Shown piece after piece: positions 25,701 through 37,299 of a DNA stretch of 64,000 nucleotides (position 1 is the first letter of the stretch; each line of letters starts with the position of its first letter). Origin of the DNA: Anthoceros angustus. Its lineage: Eukaryota > Plantae > Anthocerotophyta. The notes beneath the pieces were generated by a model. The model saw only the letters and a program-made list of their open reading frames with translations. It searched no databases and had not been told where the DNA came from. The stretch spans positions 186,001 through 250,000 of the forward strand of contig VJWM01000135.1 of NCBI GenBank assembly GCA_010909165.1, read 5' to 3'. The translations under genes were made by a program, and so were the position numbers.

Positions 25701-26041
25701 CCAGGGACGATATTTCCCTCAAACTAGCGAGCATGAACCTCAGCCTGCAGCAGGAAGGGGGCCACACACCACACACTCAACTGGTGCTGAAGCCACTGTC
25801 TGAGAAGGAAAAGAACGACATGCTTTGTGGGCATGCTGAGAAGCTAGCTCTGGCCTACGGTCTCTTGCACACTCCGAGTGGCACACCTCTGCTGGTCACC
25901 AAGAACTTACGCATGTGCAGTGACTGCCACAGCTCCACCGAGGTCTTGTCCAGGGTTGAGAAGAGAGACATTGTTGTGAGGGATGCCCACCGTGTGCATC
26001 GATTTGCAGCTGGCTTCTGCAGCTGTAAAGGCCGACCCTGA
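22778..26041 (+). CDS. Intronless PLS-class PPR protein with E1-E2 and DYW:KP ('GRP') domain, a putative U-to-C RNA editing factor, with an N-terminal OSB-type PDF motif
   Basis: About 20 P/L/S motifs (e.g. KDVVTWTALIAGYAQQG / ANHVTFACLLKAC / VGNCLVDMYAKCG), then P2-L2-S2-E1-E2. The C-terminus reads KKLAVAGIEI...LCGHAEKLALAYGL...KNLRMCSDCH...HRFAAGFCSCKGRP*. First ATG is 22778. Confidence 0.95.
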   Translation: MRDWPSTGRRAASSCSSPTNSCMGSGPRNRIVGLLARGLALCSRTEAPSAHLDLGTQRLAGEEGLRGSGVRSPALPGTPFAGEGVSSDGRRQEQELLWRQFFLDPSLWWDNRRGKRSPSAPDFRRKGSGEVLWLDSFSKPAWVDEQLVALDIQTGRGASSSKSSFPDMPACVTTGMVNTLCQEGKLIEAVGALEFLVHTECPISQTLFYNVLKLCAAKKDLVAGRRVHDLTLKLGYESNTYLGNHILRMYASGGRLEEAMDVFTSVGKADTFMWSSIISAHAKHGKPDEAIELYHKMRSSDVKADAHVYIAALQACSFAADLESGRKVHSDVLHSGIQSNMFIGNSLVDMYAKCGELEAARRVFDSLATKNVVTWTALIAGYADHGLGSEALALYGEMEREGLVLANHVTFTCLLKACTATGALHEGRQLHLQIVERGQLQSDLVVGNCLVDMYAKCGQLEEARQVFDSLERKDVVTWTALIAGYAQQGLCQEALVVYGQMEQEGLVLANHVTFACLLKACASTGALQEGRQLHSQILKGGQLQRDILVGNCLVDMYAKCGELQDARKVFDSLASKDVVTWTSLIGGYAQKGHCQEALDLYARMEQDGLVLANQVTFACLLKACGSTGALREGRQLHSQIVERGQVENDTLVGNCLVDMYAKCGELEDARQVFDSLALKDVGSWNALIAGYAQQGLCQEALDLCGQMEQEGLILADRCTFAGLLKACGSGGAIQLGRQLHSELAGRGELENDILLGNCLVDMYAKCGEMEDARRVFDSLSTKTVATWTALISGFGSCGEGHKALGCFEEMLAAGIEPDDATFVCLLIACSHDCLVDEGRKYFEAMVAQHGIKPTVAHYNCMVDLFGRAGHLAEAEKMLLSCESQDNDVGLTSLLNACKSHGDTERATRCFESLVSLDPQQASAYVLMANVYADAGRWTDVERIETRRIAAGANKKLAVAGIEIKNEVHTFMVGETRDDISLKLASMNLSLQQEGGHTPHTQLVLKPLSEKEKNDMLCGHAEKLALAYGLLHTPSGTPLLVTKNLRMCSDCHSSTEVLSRVEKRDIVVRDAHRVHRFAAGFCSCKGRP

Positions 26042-26196
26042 GATAGAGAAAGTAGCCAGGGTTCAGCTGGTGACCTTGAAAAAGAAAAGGCCAGTGTCTA
26101 GCTGGTAAATTTTTGCCTTTTTATTGATCCTCTCTATTTTATTGGATACTTTAGCGTGTAGTTAATTAACATAACAAAACTCAAAATAGTGTTGGA

Positions 26197-26277
26197 CGTG
26201 GTCGGCAGGATTCGAACCTGCGCGGGCGAACCCACATGATTTCTAGTCATGCCCGATAACCACTCCGGCACGACCAC
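26197..26277 (-). tRNA. trnS-AGA: tRNA-Ser(AGA)
   Basis: GTGGTCGTGCCGGAGTGGTTATCGGGCATGACTAGAAATCATGTGGGTTCGCCCGCGCAGGTTCGAATCCTGCCGACCACG: anticodon arm CATGA-CT AGA AA-TCATG, long variable arm, TTCGAAT T-loop, oligo-T downstream. Confidence 0.96.
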
Positions 26278-26477
26278 TGGGGTATTCTGACGGTGAGAAC
26301 TTTTAGAATTAATACCTTAAAGTTTTCACTTGTAAAATAGCAAAAATAAAAATATCTATGCCCCAGCCAGGAAGATAGTTCCCACACGCGACTCGACGCG
26401 TGTGGGAGCGATGGCGTAGTGCTTTGTAGAGGTGGTGGTGTGGGCATATCGAGCACCTGCAGCAGCGGGAGGGCGCG

Positions 26478-27666
26478 ATGGTGGACAAGGTGGTGATCGT
26501 GGGGGGCGGGCTGGGGCTGGCGGCGGCGCTGCAACTGCGGAGCCAGGGATCGACGCGCATGTCTACGAGCGGAATGAGAGCATTCTGGGAGGGCCGGGGA
26601 CGGGGACCATCGTGTCGCTCTTCCCCAACGGGTGCCGGGCGTTGGCGCAGGCGCAGGCGCAGCTGGTGCGGCGGATGGAGGAGCAGGGGCTGACGGACGG
26701 GGCGTCCCTGGTGGTGAACAACAAGGGGAGCCGATCCCGGGCGGGCTGGGGCTCTCCACCTGGATGTGGCCACCCACGGCTACCCGATGGTGGCCGTTCT
26801 GTGGCGGACGCGCTGCGGGTGCTGGCGGAGGCACTCCCCAGGACTGTCTCCACACGGACCACGAATTCCTGGACGTCACCTCGGGCCCGGACTCCGTCAC
26901 CGCCGTCTTCCGCCATCGCCAGGAGGTTGTCCCGGTGACGGGCGCGCTGGTGGTCGGGGCGGACGGGATCCGGTCCCGCGTCCGGGAGTGCCTCTTCGGG
27001 CCGGTGCAGCCGCGGGACCAGGGCAGGACGATGTGGCGCGCCGTGGTGGACAGGGAGCTCTGCGGGGGGATCCCGGCCGTGCAGGGGCACGCCGGGGCCG
27101 TGGCCGGGGCCGCTGGCGGAAGGACCGTCTTCATCGTCGTCGGGGTGAAGCAGACGCTGTACTGGGCCCTAAGCCTGGCGGACGACTCCTCCGACGGCCG
27201 CGCCAAGGAGCGGTCGCGGGACCAGGAGCACGCCAAGGAGCGGGTCTTGGAGGAGTTCCGGGACTGGAGCTTCGCTGCCGACATTGTGCGGGCTACCGAC
27301 CCCGGGCTCATCCTGGAGCGGCGCGTGATCGACCTGCCTGTGCTGCCGAAATGGTACAAGGGCCGCGTTGTGCTGCTCGGGGACGCCGCGCACGCCGTGC
27401 CGCCGTCCCTCGGCCAGGGCGCTAACCTTGCCTATGAGGACGGGCTGGAGCTGGCCAAGCAGCTGTCGTCCCCCGGGGCCGCCGAGAATGTGGAGGCCGC
27501 GCTCCGCAGGTACGAGCAGGTCCGGATTCCTAGGGTAGAGCGGGTTTCCGACGAGTCGCAGAAATTGTTATCCGCCAGAGCTCAGGATTTCTACGACTGG
27601 CTCTACTCCTACGACACTCTTGCTTCTGCTGCTGCTGCTGCTCCTGCTCCTGCTGCTGCCCCTTGA
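26478..27666 (+). pseudogene. FAD-dependent monooxygenase (salicylate hydroxylase/zeaxanthin epoxidase-like), intronless, with about 5 apparent frameshifts in the first 370 nt; pseudogene or assembly error
   Basis: KVVIVGGGLGLAAAL..G(fs)IDAHVYER, LVVGADGIRSRVR and WYKGRVVLLGDAAHAVPPSLGQGANLAYEDGLELA motifs. The N-terminal part is scattered over three frames at G/C runs. Confidence 0.8.
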
Positions 27667-28919
27667 AGAGAGGAGGTTGAAGGTTTTCTTGAATCTCTGG
27701 TAGGATCGAAAGTTTCTCATCCCTGCTGCACCTGTCATCTTCTCATCAAGCCTCACCAACACCATAGGTTGGTAGTACCTGATACATCACGTCCTCACAC
27801 AATAAAGTGACTTCTAGCTGATGTCATCCGGAAGAAACGCACATAAGCGGCCATCTCACCAGACCTGACGAAGTTGTACCTACATAGCGTTCAGGATGTA
27901 CAGTACCCGCACAAGAGAACAGATGGAACGTTCCCCGGAGAAGCCTACCGGACGATCCACTGCCAGCTTGGAATTCGGATCCCAACCGCAGGCACGGCTC
28001 TTCCTCAGAGACTGGAATTCTGAACCAGGATGAGTGCATTACGGAGCCCTGGCTGGAGGATGTGTCACAATAAGTGCCAACGGTTTCGCTGACGAGAAGT
28101 ACTGAGCTCTCAAGTCTGCTTGCCTCGGCATGAGTGTTCGAGACCGTGGCTTGTCCTAATCTTCCTCGGCCATTGAATATGATACTTAGCGACGTGCTTA
28201 CGACTCATACTGGCAGATTCCTCATCTCATCACACAAGGTACTCCTGGGCAGCCCACACACAAGGTACAGTAAGCCCTCGAATCCAATGATGCAGGCTTC
28301 CGCTCGGCCCGCTTCTCCATGTGCATGTGCTCCAACGCTGTACTTCCGGCTATGGCGGATGGCGAGGTCTGAGGAGGCGCAACAGTTTAAGTTACCAGCC
28401 GAATCAAAATCTTTCACGCCTCGGTTGCTTTCCACTGCCGGGTGATTTCCGGAATGCTTCACCGACAGTCTATGTGGACTAGATGCTGTTAAATAAGAGA
28501 ACGCAAATGCTCATATGACTTGATAATGCACGGATAGTTGGAGTACGAGACCCCGATTCCGGACGGGGAAAGTAAAAACTTTTACAATATTAAATTTAAA
28601 TAAAATAATTTATTAATTTATATATTGATAGATATGATGAGAGTATGAAAATGGAATTGAAAATTCCAAGATATTAATAATGAAATGCTCAACCATGCTT
28701 ATTTAACTTGAACATTGAGGCTCCTAGCAAAGAACTTTCTTGACATAGTAAAACAAGAAAACTTGTCTTTTAAAACCCTACCAAAATCTTCCCTTCTTAA
28801 ATTCAAACCCTCGTTGCTAAAAGCTACTAAGGATCCGAGTTCAATTTCTTGAGTGTGCCAATGTGCTTCCATATGTGATGCCATTACTTCAGTTATGACT
28901 GCTTGGTAATATTGTATAC

Positions 28920-29760
28920 TTGGTTTGGTTGCCTTTTTTTGCAGCCCTCTCTTGTGCCTTTGCTATTTGCTTCTCTTCATACTTGCGTTATCGTTCTAAG
29001 TGCTTTCTCTCCAACTCAATTGCTGCCCTTGCTACTTTGGCCTTAGCCTCCTCCACCTTTCGATTCGCAACCTCAATCTACATCTTCTCCTTCTCAGCCA
29101 GACGATCTAGTCTCTCGTGCTTCTTGCATTCTACTTTGGTATCTTTCATATGTGCAACAATTTCGTTCACCGTTTAAGCTTCCATGTACTTTTCACTCGT
29201 AAGGACCATAAGGTGTTGGAATGCAATACCCTTTTTCCTTGGTTTCGTTTTCTTGCATGCAACCATTCTTCTTCCTAGACTAGCCACATCAAGTTTTTAG
29301 TTGACAACTTGTTTGAAACTCCTTTGAGAATGTCGGTACGCACCATGGGCATTTCCACGAGCTACATATGTTAAGGATTGTTTCACATCAGCTGTGCCAA
29401 CTATGATATCATGACTACCACGAAGACTGAGCACGATAGTGATCTTCCCTTCCAGATTGAGCGTTCGTCTCAGCTTTATTCCCTCCACGATTTGTTGTAA
29501 ACGGCCCATCTAGGTTGTTGTATATGTTGCTCAGCTTGTTGTAGAATGCTACACATATCTAGATTAAGTGCCCTTGCATCAGCAGGCTCTGACCCAATGG
29601 CTTTTCTCTTTAAAAATTAATGTAGCGATATCGACCTTTGTAAGAAGCTTGTGCACCCATGTTTCCTTGGCCTACCATTTGTGAAGCGTGTCTGCCTACC
29701 TTGGACAACAACAATCTTAGCAACAATGTCCTACAATGCTTTCACTGTTGGTGTCTTGTT
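28920..29760 (-). mobile_element. Decayed pogo/Tc1-mariner-like (DDE_1) transposase C-terminal remnant
   Basis: KKTKPRKKGIAFQHLMVLTSEKYMEA*...charged coiled coil (EKEK...EEAKAK...KAQERAAKK) with in-frame stops, plus an upstream LTKVDIATLIF fragment. The pattern resembles the tail of pogo-type transposases. Confidence 0.45.
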
Positions 29761-32700
29761 AAATGAATTGCATGCAAAAGCACCAAGTGACAATCGTTTT
29801 TTTCCCTTTCCATGTTGAACATTATGCCTCCTTTTTTGCTTCTCTTCACTTGATCATTTTTCGAATTCCACAAATTATATGGTTTTACTGATCTTATAAG
29901 TTACCTCACTAAGGGTCATGCTATCCTCCATAGCTACAAGAACATGCCATGCAACCTCCTTTTCCAATCTTATGACTACACCTTGTAGTCCTTAGAAGCC
30001 TCACCTTCCAAGGTGACAGCCCTTCTTGGAGGGCTGATATACTTACTCTCTGTTTCGTTGCGGGCCTTTGTCTGGCCATGTGTGCTTGCTGAAAGAGGAC
30101 AACAACTAATAAACAGCAGCAGCAAGAGGACTCAATAGACAACAAGCAATTAATGGACAGCAAACAAAGATATGAAGAAGCTTACGCATTGCTGCCTGCT
30201 ACTTCTTATTGTGGTATTCACGAGTACATCCTCCTCCTTCTCAACACTATGTCAAACCCTTGAAGAAGGTTGTGGCTCCTCGTTGACTGCTAGGTGTGTT
30301 CTGTTGCCCACGTTTAGAGAGTTTCTGATTCAAACAACAATATGCAAGATAGATCAACTTCCCCCAGTGGCTAGAGAAGCACATAGACATTTCAATATTA
30401 AAACCCCACAATTAAGTGCTTTGTGGGCGGATCAATATTGGGATGGGGTGCCATCCTTTACTCAAGTTGGGATCATGTATGGATATCTTCCCATTAAAGG
30501 GCGTGCTGGCCTCCCATGTGTGAGGTCATAGGTGCGAGATTACCTGTTGAAAAAAATTAAAAAAAAAGTTAAATAGAAATAGGCGAGGGCAAGAGGTATA
30601 GGTTGCTGCAACTCGAGCAAAAATTTCTACGAATAATCGTGAGTCCTCTATAAACGTTTGTTGACAGATACAATGAAAGATGAGAAGAATGACCTATACT
30701 ACTTCTTTGTGCAGATGACATAACCAGAGTGCTGAGAACCACCTTTTCTTTTGTGCATCCTTCTCTTGCAAGATGAAGATTGAGCAAGCAAGATGATGCT
30801 TTGGACGGATTCAGCAAATAAAATGAGTCTTTGGAGGGATTGAGCAAGTCAAGATGATTTGAGGGGAGCCACTTTGGCAGGATTGTTACGCGGTAATTTT
30901 AGGTAGAACTCAAATTTGAGTGTGTAGCACCCATTATCTTGCTAAACTTTTAGTTGTAATGTATGGTTTCATTCATGGTATCTTACCAAAATTCAGTCTC
31001 CAACACTTACAAGAGACAAAAAGTCTTATATGTCACCTAATAGGATTCTAAGTATGATGTTTATGACTGTCATAAGCCTTGTGCATAGCTCTCAACTAAA
31101 TGTCTTGTGTCTTGGCACGCTTGTGTGAGAAGATGGGATGATCCCACTAGGCTTCACAATGTGTGACAAGGCTAGCAACTGCTGCGCAACGTGGACAGTC
31201 AAGATGGCAAGGCACACATACAGTGATCAGCTGTTAGTTAGTAGACATGGGACATGGCACCTCAAAGACAACAGTGACACGGTTAGTCTGCAAGAAAATA
31301 GCAGTGACGAAGCCAGCCAGCCAATACTCAACGAACAATGGAGAAAATGTGTACTTGGAGCCATGCTCCCGTAGGAGCCTTGTTCTCCTTTCATCTTGAG
31401 TTTCACTATTATAGCTCGAATGCATGATTCCCTAGGGTACAATTTGCAGAGCATCAAGGAGCACCTTCATTGAGAGCCCTTCGATCCCTATCCTCTGTCC
31501 CACAGGTAGAAAGGCACTCTCCCAATGTTGCCCCCCCTGCGTTATGCTCCAAATATCTTCCGAACATGATTTTTAAACACCTACCTAACAATACCTTGCT
31601 GCAAAATCCGATATATTTGCAACGAATGCAGACACTCGGATGACAAGTCACGAGGTGCTCAACCACAGCCAAATACATCCTTGGGAGTAGAAATAGCATA
31701 TGCCATGGGGAGCTGGAAGTTGGTTCATAGCTATAAGAAAGATCACATCTCTCCTATCTCGTCCTCCAATGCCGCCGGCCTGATGTTTCCTTCATAACCG
31801 AATCGATCGAATTGTGATTTCTTGGCAGCAGCAACAGGCCTCTGAAGTCGGGGTTTTAATGAACAGTGCTGCCGTGTCCACACAGGAGGGAAATCCCGTT
31901 CGGCATTTCATTAGAATTTTAGACATGGCGGGACAGGTAGCTGCCAGAAGAGCGGCACTGCGGTGGCAAGGACCTTGTGGGCCAATTTGAGCCATCGTGC
32001 GCGACTCGCGAGCGGGATAAAAACCAAGCAGCTTTCCGTTAATAGCAACCCTCGGCTATACAAGCGGCGAAACAGCGAAAAGAGGGCGAAACCTGTGGCT
32101 CACGATCCAACGGGACCCACTCCAGCATTGCGCGTGAAGAAGCGATCATTGGCCAGCCTCGACGTCGCAACGAATTGCCTAGAAAACCGGGTCCCCACCG
32201 TCGCCACCGACAGCTGGCGAAACTCGCGCTCTTTGCTTTCGCGCCCTTGTCGCCTATTCTCACACCGGTCTACTTGGCTGAAGCGAAGCGCTGGAGCTCG
32301 TTAGCCTAACTTCTGAGGCAGCTCGTCTCGACGGGAGCCGCGACTCGCGTCTCAGGCGAGGTCGGGTTCTGACGCAGTCTTCTTCTCTGAAACATCGACG
32401 GGCATTCGGGCGCTGTAGCGCAAGAAAGCATGCGGTTGCTGCATTAATTCCAGTGATATGATCAATTTTGTGATGCATTGCCGACAGAATCCGAGTGTGA
32501 TGTCTACAGGGAGCTCCCATGGTGCTTTAATTTGCTCTCCCTGGCAGAGACTGTGTTCGTTCGCATCCCCGTTTCAACTTGGAAGGACTGTGATCCTTGC
32601 GCCGCCGCTTGATCAAGTCTGAGCAGCTTGAGAGCTTTGCCTGCTTGGTTCCGTCCCGCGGCGCCAAATTGAATTGATTGCCATGTTTTTCAGCATCATC

Positions 32701-33060
32701 TTTCTTTCCCGCTCATCAAGACCAGTGGACCGGTCGGGAATCTTGATGCTCTTCATCAGCGCCTTCCGAGTGTCGCCGTCGAATGTTCCCCGCATCTGGT
32801 CTCGTCAGCTGTAGCGTTGTGGACTGGGAGCAGGAAGAAAGTGGATCGGAAGATTTCCAATTACTGCGCTCGGAGGTTTGCTACGAGATGGCGCCTCCGG
32901 AGCTCGATGTGCAACAGTTTTGAAGGCTCAGAAAGCCGTCACCAGGGAGAGATTTTGTGAGCTGCAGGATCCTGCCTGCGGACGCAGTTCCTGCTCTTGT
33001 TGTGTGGATATGCCGTTTCTCTGTTCCCATGCCTTTTGCTTCAAGCGGCCTCCTGGAACA

Positions 33061-35328
33061 ATGCACGGCCCCAAGGTTATCTGCTCCTTCCTTCTCGTCC
33101 TCGCTCTATGTTTGAAGGGGAGTGCTGTTGCTGCTCCTTGCCAGTCCAGCTGTGGAGGGAAAACCGTGTCGTATCCGTTTTCCCTGAGTCCTGGCTGCGG
33201 GCATCCTAATTTTCAAGGCCTGCTGGCATGCAACTCCGGGGCTTTGAATATGACAACACAATCTGGATCTTACTCTGTACAGTCTCTCAACTATTCTAGC
33301 CGCACGGTGGTGATCAGTGACTCCTTCCTCACCAACGGCAGGGGCTGCTATAAGGACATCTCTGATCGGAACTTCGCTGTGAACTCCAGCGGGCCACTCC
33401 AACTCTTCAACACAGTCTTTCTCTTCACAGGTTGTGACAGCAGCAACGGACCGTTTTTGACAGGTTCGCGAAACTATTACTGCAACTTTACCAGCGATGC
33501 TTGCAAGGCATATGAGAAATGTGGAGCTGGTCCGCCCCTTCGATTTCCTGGCTGCTGCACTCATAAAGCAAATCCAGTGGACAGCATCAATCTGCAGGCG
33601 CTGAATTGTTCCTCTAATGGTCCTACCTTGGGCTACACCTCGGTGGTTAACCTTAGTCCGGGGGACAACGCTTTAAATTGGGTGCACGGATATCAGATGC
33701 AATGGGATGCAGTTCAAACAACCAGCAGGCAATGCGCCACTTGCGCAGCAAGTAACGGTGCTTGTGGCTATGACCAGTCGTCCAAGGATTTTCTCTGTTA
33801 CTGCAGTGCTGGCTTGATACAGAACGCAACTTGTCCTCTTGGGGATTCAGCACCAGCACCGGACACTCCTGGCTCCCCTTCTCAGCCCTTGTCTCCCCCC
33901 TCCGCAGGTAAGCAGCTCAAAAGGAGTTGCCACCAATGGTTTGTGAGGTCAGGTTTGCCTTGTGACTGGTGTTGACCGGGTTGCTTTGTGCACAACCTGC
34001 AGGCTCTCCGAACCTCAAGAAGCGGGCGAGCTCTGTTCTGCCGATTGTGATAGGTAAGTTTGCATCTTCTTTTTCATCTATTGTTACCACCATTTATGCA
34101 GTAACCCGGGGCAGGAAGGTTGTTCTTGTTGACGCCTAACACATAAAATGCTGTATTGGCAGGCATTCTAGTTCCTCTAGGAATACTTGTTGGGGGCCTT
34201 GTTGGGTGCTTGCTGTGGAGACGCCGTCGCCCTACGGACAATGGGTTGGAAGGGAAGTTTGAAGGTTTTACACTTGATGATGTTGTCATGGAAGCAACAC
34301 TGCGGTTTACCTACAAGGAGCTAGTGGCCGCTACGAACAATTTCCGTGAAGAATTGGGCAAGGGAGGTTTTGGAGTGGTTCATAAAGGGGTGCTTGTCAC
34401 TGGAGAGACGGTCGCAGTGAAGCAGCTGCAAGGATCGAGGCAGGGGGAGAAAGAATTCCGCGCAGAGATGGCTGCTTTGGGGAGTATCCAACACAACAAT
34501 TTGGTGAGGTTGTTAGGATACTGTTTCGAGGGATCGCATAGGTTACTTGTGTATGAGTACCTGGTAAATGGTTCTCTAGACAAGTATATATTCCGCTCTG
34601 GCAATCCAAACAAGAAGCTGCCAGCCCTTCAGTGGATCCAGAGATTCAGGATTGCAGTAGACGCGACAAGGGGGTTGCATCATCTGCATGAAGGTTGCTC
34701 CAGGCAGATCATCCATTATGGCATCAAGCCTGCCAACATTCTGCTGGACAGCAGCTTTAAAGCTAAGGTAACTGACTATGGACTGACCAAACTCATGGAC
34801 AGTGATCAGGGCTCTCTCGTGTCTACCTTGCGTGGTACCCACGGGTATCTGCCCCCAGAGTGGACGATGGGAGAACGGTTCATTACCCAGAAGAGTGATG
34901 TTTACAGCTGGGGAATGGTGCTTCTGGAGATGGTTAGTGGGAGGTGGAACGTTGATCCTGACATCGTGGATGACGCAAAAATGTGCTATCCAGAATGGGT
35001 GCATCAGCAATTAGAGACGGGAGACATTGTGGAACTACTCGACAAGGATCTGCAGATCGAAAGGCACATGAGCAGGACTGTTGACCTGGAACAGGTGAAG
35101 CTGGTGTGCCGGATTGCTCTATGGTGTATTCAAGAAGATGTGTCGCTCAGGCCGACCATGAGGCTTGTGCTGCAAATGCTGGAGGGGATTGTCCCAGTGG
35201 AGAGCCCTCCATTTTCGTACCAGTCTAGAAGCGGCCTGTGCTCCACTTCCGGGGATCTCTGGGGCGAGCACAGCAACACGACCTCGCTCAGCAGCGTCAG
35301 CTTCGACTCAAGAACCCTCGTGAGGTGA
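33061..35328 (+). CDS. Receptor-like kinase with a GUB_WAK_bind/WAK_assoc Cys-rich ectodomain, TM helix and SD-2/LRK10L-like kinase domain; likely pseudokinase
   Basis: Exons 33061-33907, 34003-34053, 34163-35328. Signal peptide MHGPKVICSFLLVLALCLKGSAVA, CQSSCGGKTVSYPFSLSPGCGHP, CATCAASNGACGYD...FLCYC, TM VLPIVIGILVPLGILVGGLVGCLLW, LGKGGFG, VAVK, HYGIKPANILLD, DYG, GTHGYLPPEW. Confidence 0.93.
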
Positions 35329-35820
35329 CGCAATTTTGGGAGCGAGAATTGCCGTGCTAACAACACTAGGGTGTCGCTGATCGTAGTCAGTTGCCGTTGC
35401 CTGAAGCAGCGAGCGTTTCTCTGTTTCACCTCCATCGTCAAGGTGACGCACGATAGACGCATGTTCTCGACTCGGGAACAGCGCATTCGATGAGTGAACA
35501 GAAACTCTTTCCGCTTAAAAACTGCTGCCAAGTCGGACACATACCTACCTACACCTACACGAAACTACCACAAAAAATTGCTACCCACCTATTAATATGG
35601 TACTAGGGCCTGACGGAGGATGACATATGGATACAGTTGTTACCAACCAACTGATAGAGACCGACGTACGACAAAATCCTGACAAAAATGAATGCCAAAA
35701 ACTGTTTGGGGAGAGCAAAAGGTCGCGTGTACAGAAATTAACAGCTTATCATAAGAATTGATGTACATGGGAAATCCACCTAGTAAGGACGTTTTCTAGA
35801 CAAGCCCCTGACATGCACCT

Positions 35821-37299
35821 TTAGGACTCGAACGTCAAAGCTGCAGCACCACTTCTCACTCTCTGTTTGAACACAAGGCCTTCCAGAATACCATCTGAGC
35901 CAAAAGTTCCAGTGAACTGGCTGGGTTCGACTGGTCCAGGCAGGTAGAATGATACCGTGAATTGTCCCGGGGGACACAGATACTGACTTTGCATCTTGAA
36001 TACTCTTGCATCCCTCACAATTCTAGCCTCTCCAGTTGTAGTAGTGCCCTTGATCGTCACCTTCCCGTCAAATTCCACTTCACAATGGAAATCACCTGCT
36101 TGTCAACAGTAGAATGAACATGAACGTCTGGTCTGAGATCACGTCAGAATGAAAACAAAATTGCAAAATCTCACAGCAACAGACAAAACACGAGTGTGCA
36201 CACCTTCCTTCTTCACTCCTGGTAAGGCAGAACGGAACAAATAAGCGTCCTCACAGTCCCCAATGTCAACCAGTCCAACCAAAGGACCAGTTTGGCGAGC
36301 TGCTGCAGTTCCAGTGAGTACTATCGATGGCTTTATTGCACCTATTACACTACTCCACTGTTCTGCTGTAGGCACACCAGGAAGAAGTAGCACTGCAGCA
36401 CCAATTTCTGTACGTGGAGCTGTTTGAGCTGTTTCCGCATGCGGTGCCACCTGTGGACTCTGAGGGAGTGTGGTCTCCACCTCCCCTTTTTTCCTCCTCC
36501 TTTTCACACGACCATTGGGCTCACCAGCATCAACTCCACCTTGACTCTTCAAACCATGGGCATGAACTTCCATAAGACGGGCCTGCCTTTCGTCGTCCCT
36601 GTCTGCCCTTTGACCATGCGGGTATGACCGTGCTGCGTTTCTGTCGACTGCAAGGTCACTCAGCCCACTAAGATGTTTGAACCTGCTAATGTCCTCCAGC
36701 TTCATGAACGACACATCTGGGTCATCAATAAAAACGATGCTTTCCACAACTTTGTAAGTGCCTTTGTACCTAGATTGCTTGTGCAACAGTGTTGGAAAGA
36801 GATCCGGGAACTGCCGATCATCATCCAAGGTCTCCCTGACAGGAGGTGTCAAATGGCCATGTAAGAACTTGTACAACGACTGAAGCTTCACTCTTGCACT
36901 TGGGTGCGACTTCCGGAGCAAATAATAGTATATGCTCTCGATTTCAGAGAGCTTGAACACAGAACCACCCAGCAGATCTGCTGTGTACATAGGTGTGTGC
37001 ATAGCCTTTCTTTGCAGAGCAGACTTTTGATTTGTGTCATTTCGTAAGTCTGGTCCAAAATAGCCTCCCAGGATAAACACAAGAAGGAATCTCTGATCAT
37101 TTGTCGACAGCCCACCTCGGCTTCTTGAGGGCGGAGGAGCCCTGTGTATGCTGGTCGTAGCCTCCTGCTCAAACACCGGATGTGAAACAGTTGGTTGATC
37201 CATCAGCTCTGCTTGAAATCCCCCATCCATGGTGTCGTCCTCCTCAGCATCAGGCATTTTCTGATCTTCTACAGCTGCAGGAACTATGCACTGCCACAT
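35821..37299 (-). CDS. Alpha-crystallin-domain (HSP20-like) protein of the IDM2/IDM3 (ROS5) family; start codon uncertain (37299 or 37257)
   Basis: DQRFLLVFILGGYFGPDL...SALQR...KLSEIESIYYYLLRK and ACD VLTGTA...[45 protein letters not shown]...LCPPGQFTVSFYLPGPVEP. Intron 36096-36203. Confidence 0.85.

Noticed and set aside
26197-27666. Genomic-island-style insertion of the monooxygenase at tRNA-Ser
   Set aside because: The gene lies at the tRNA 5' side, and there is no duplicated tRNA 3' end and no integrase
27800-28470. Coding-like stretch (minus frame open for about 220 codons with one stop)
   Set aside because: I could not assign any frame to a family and there is no credible start or splice structure; it needs a translated search
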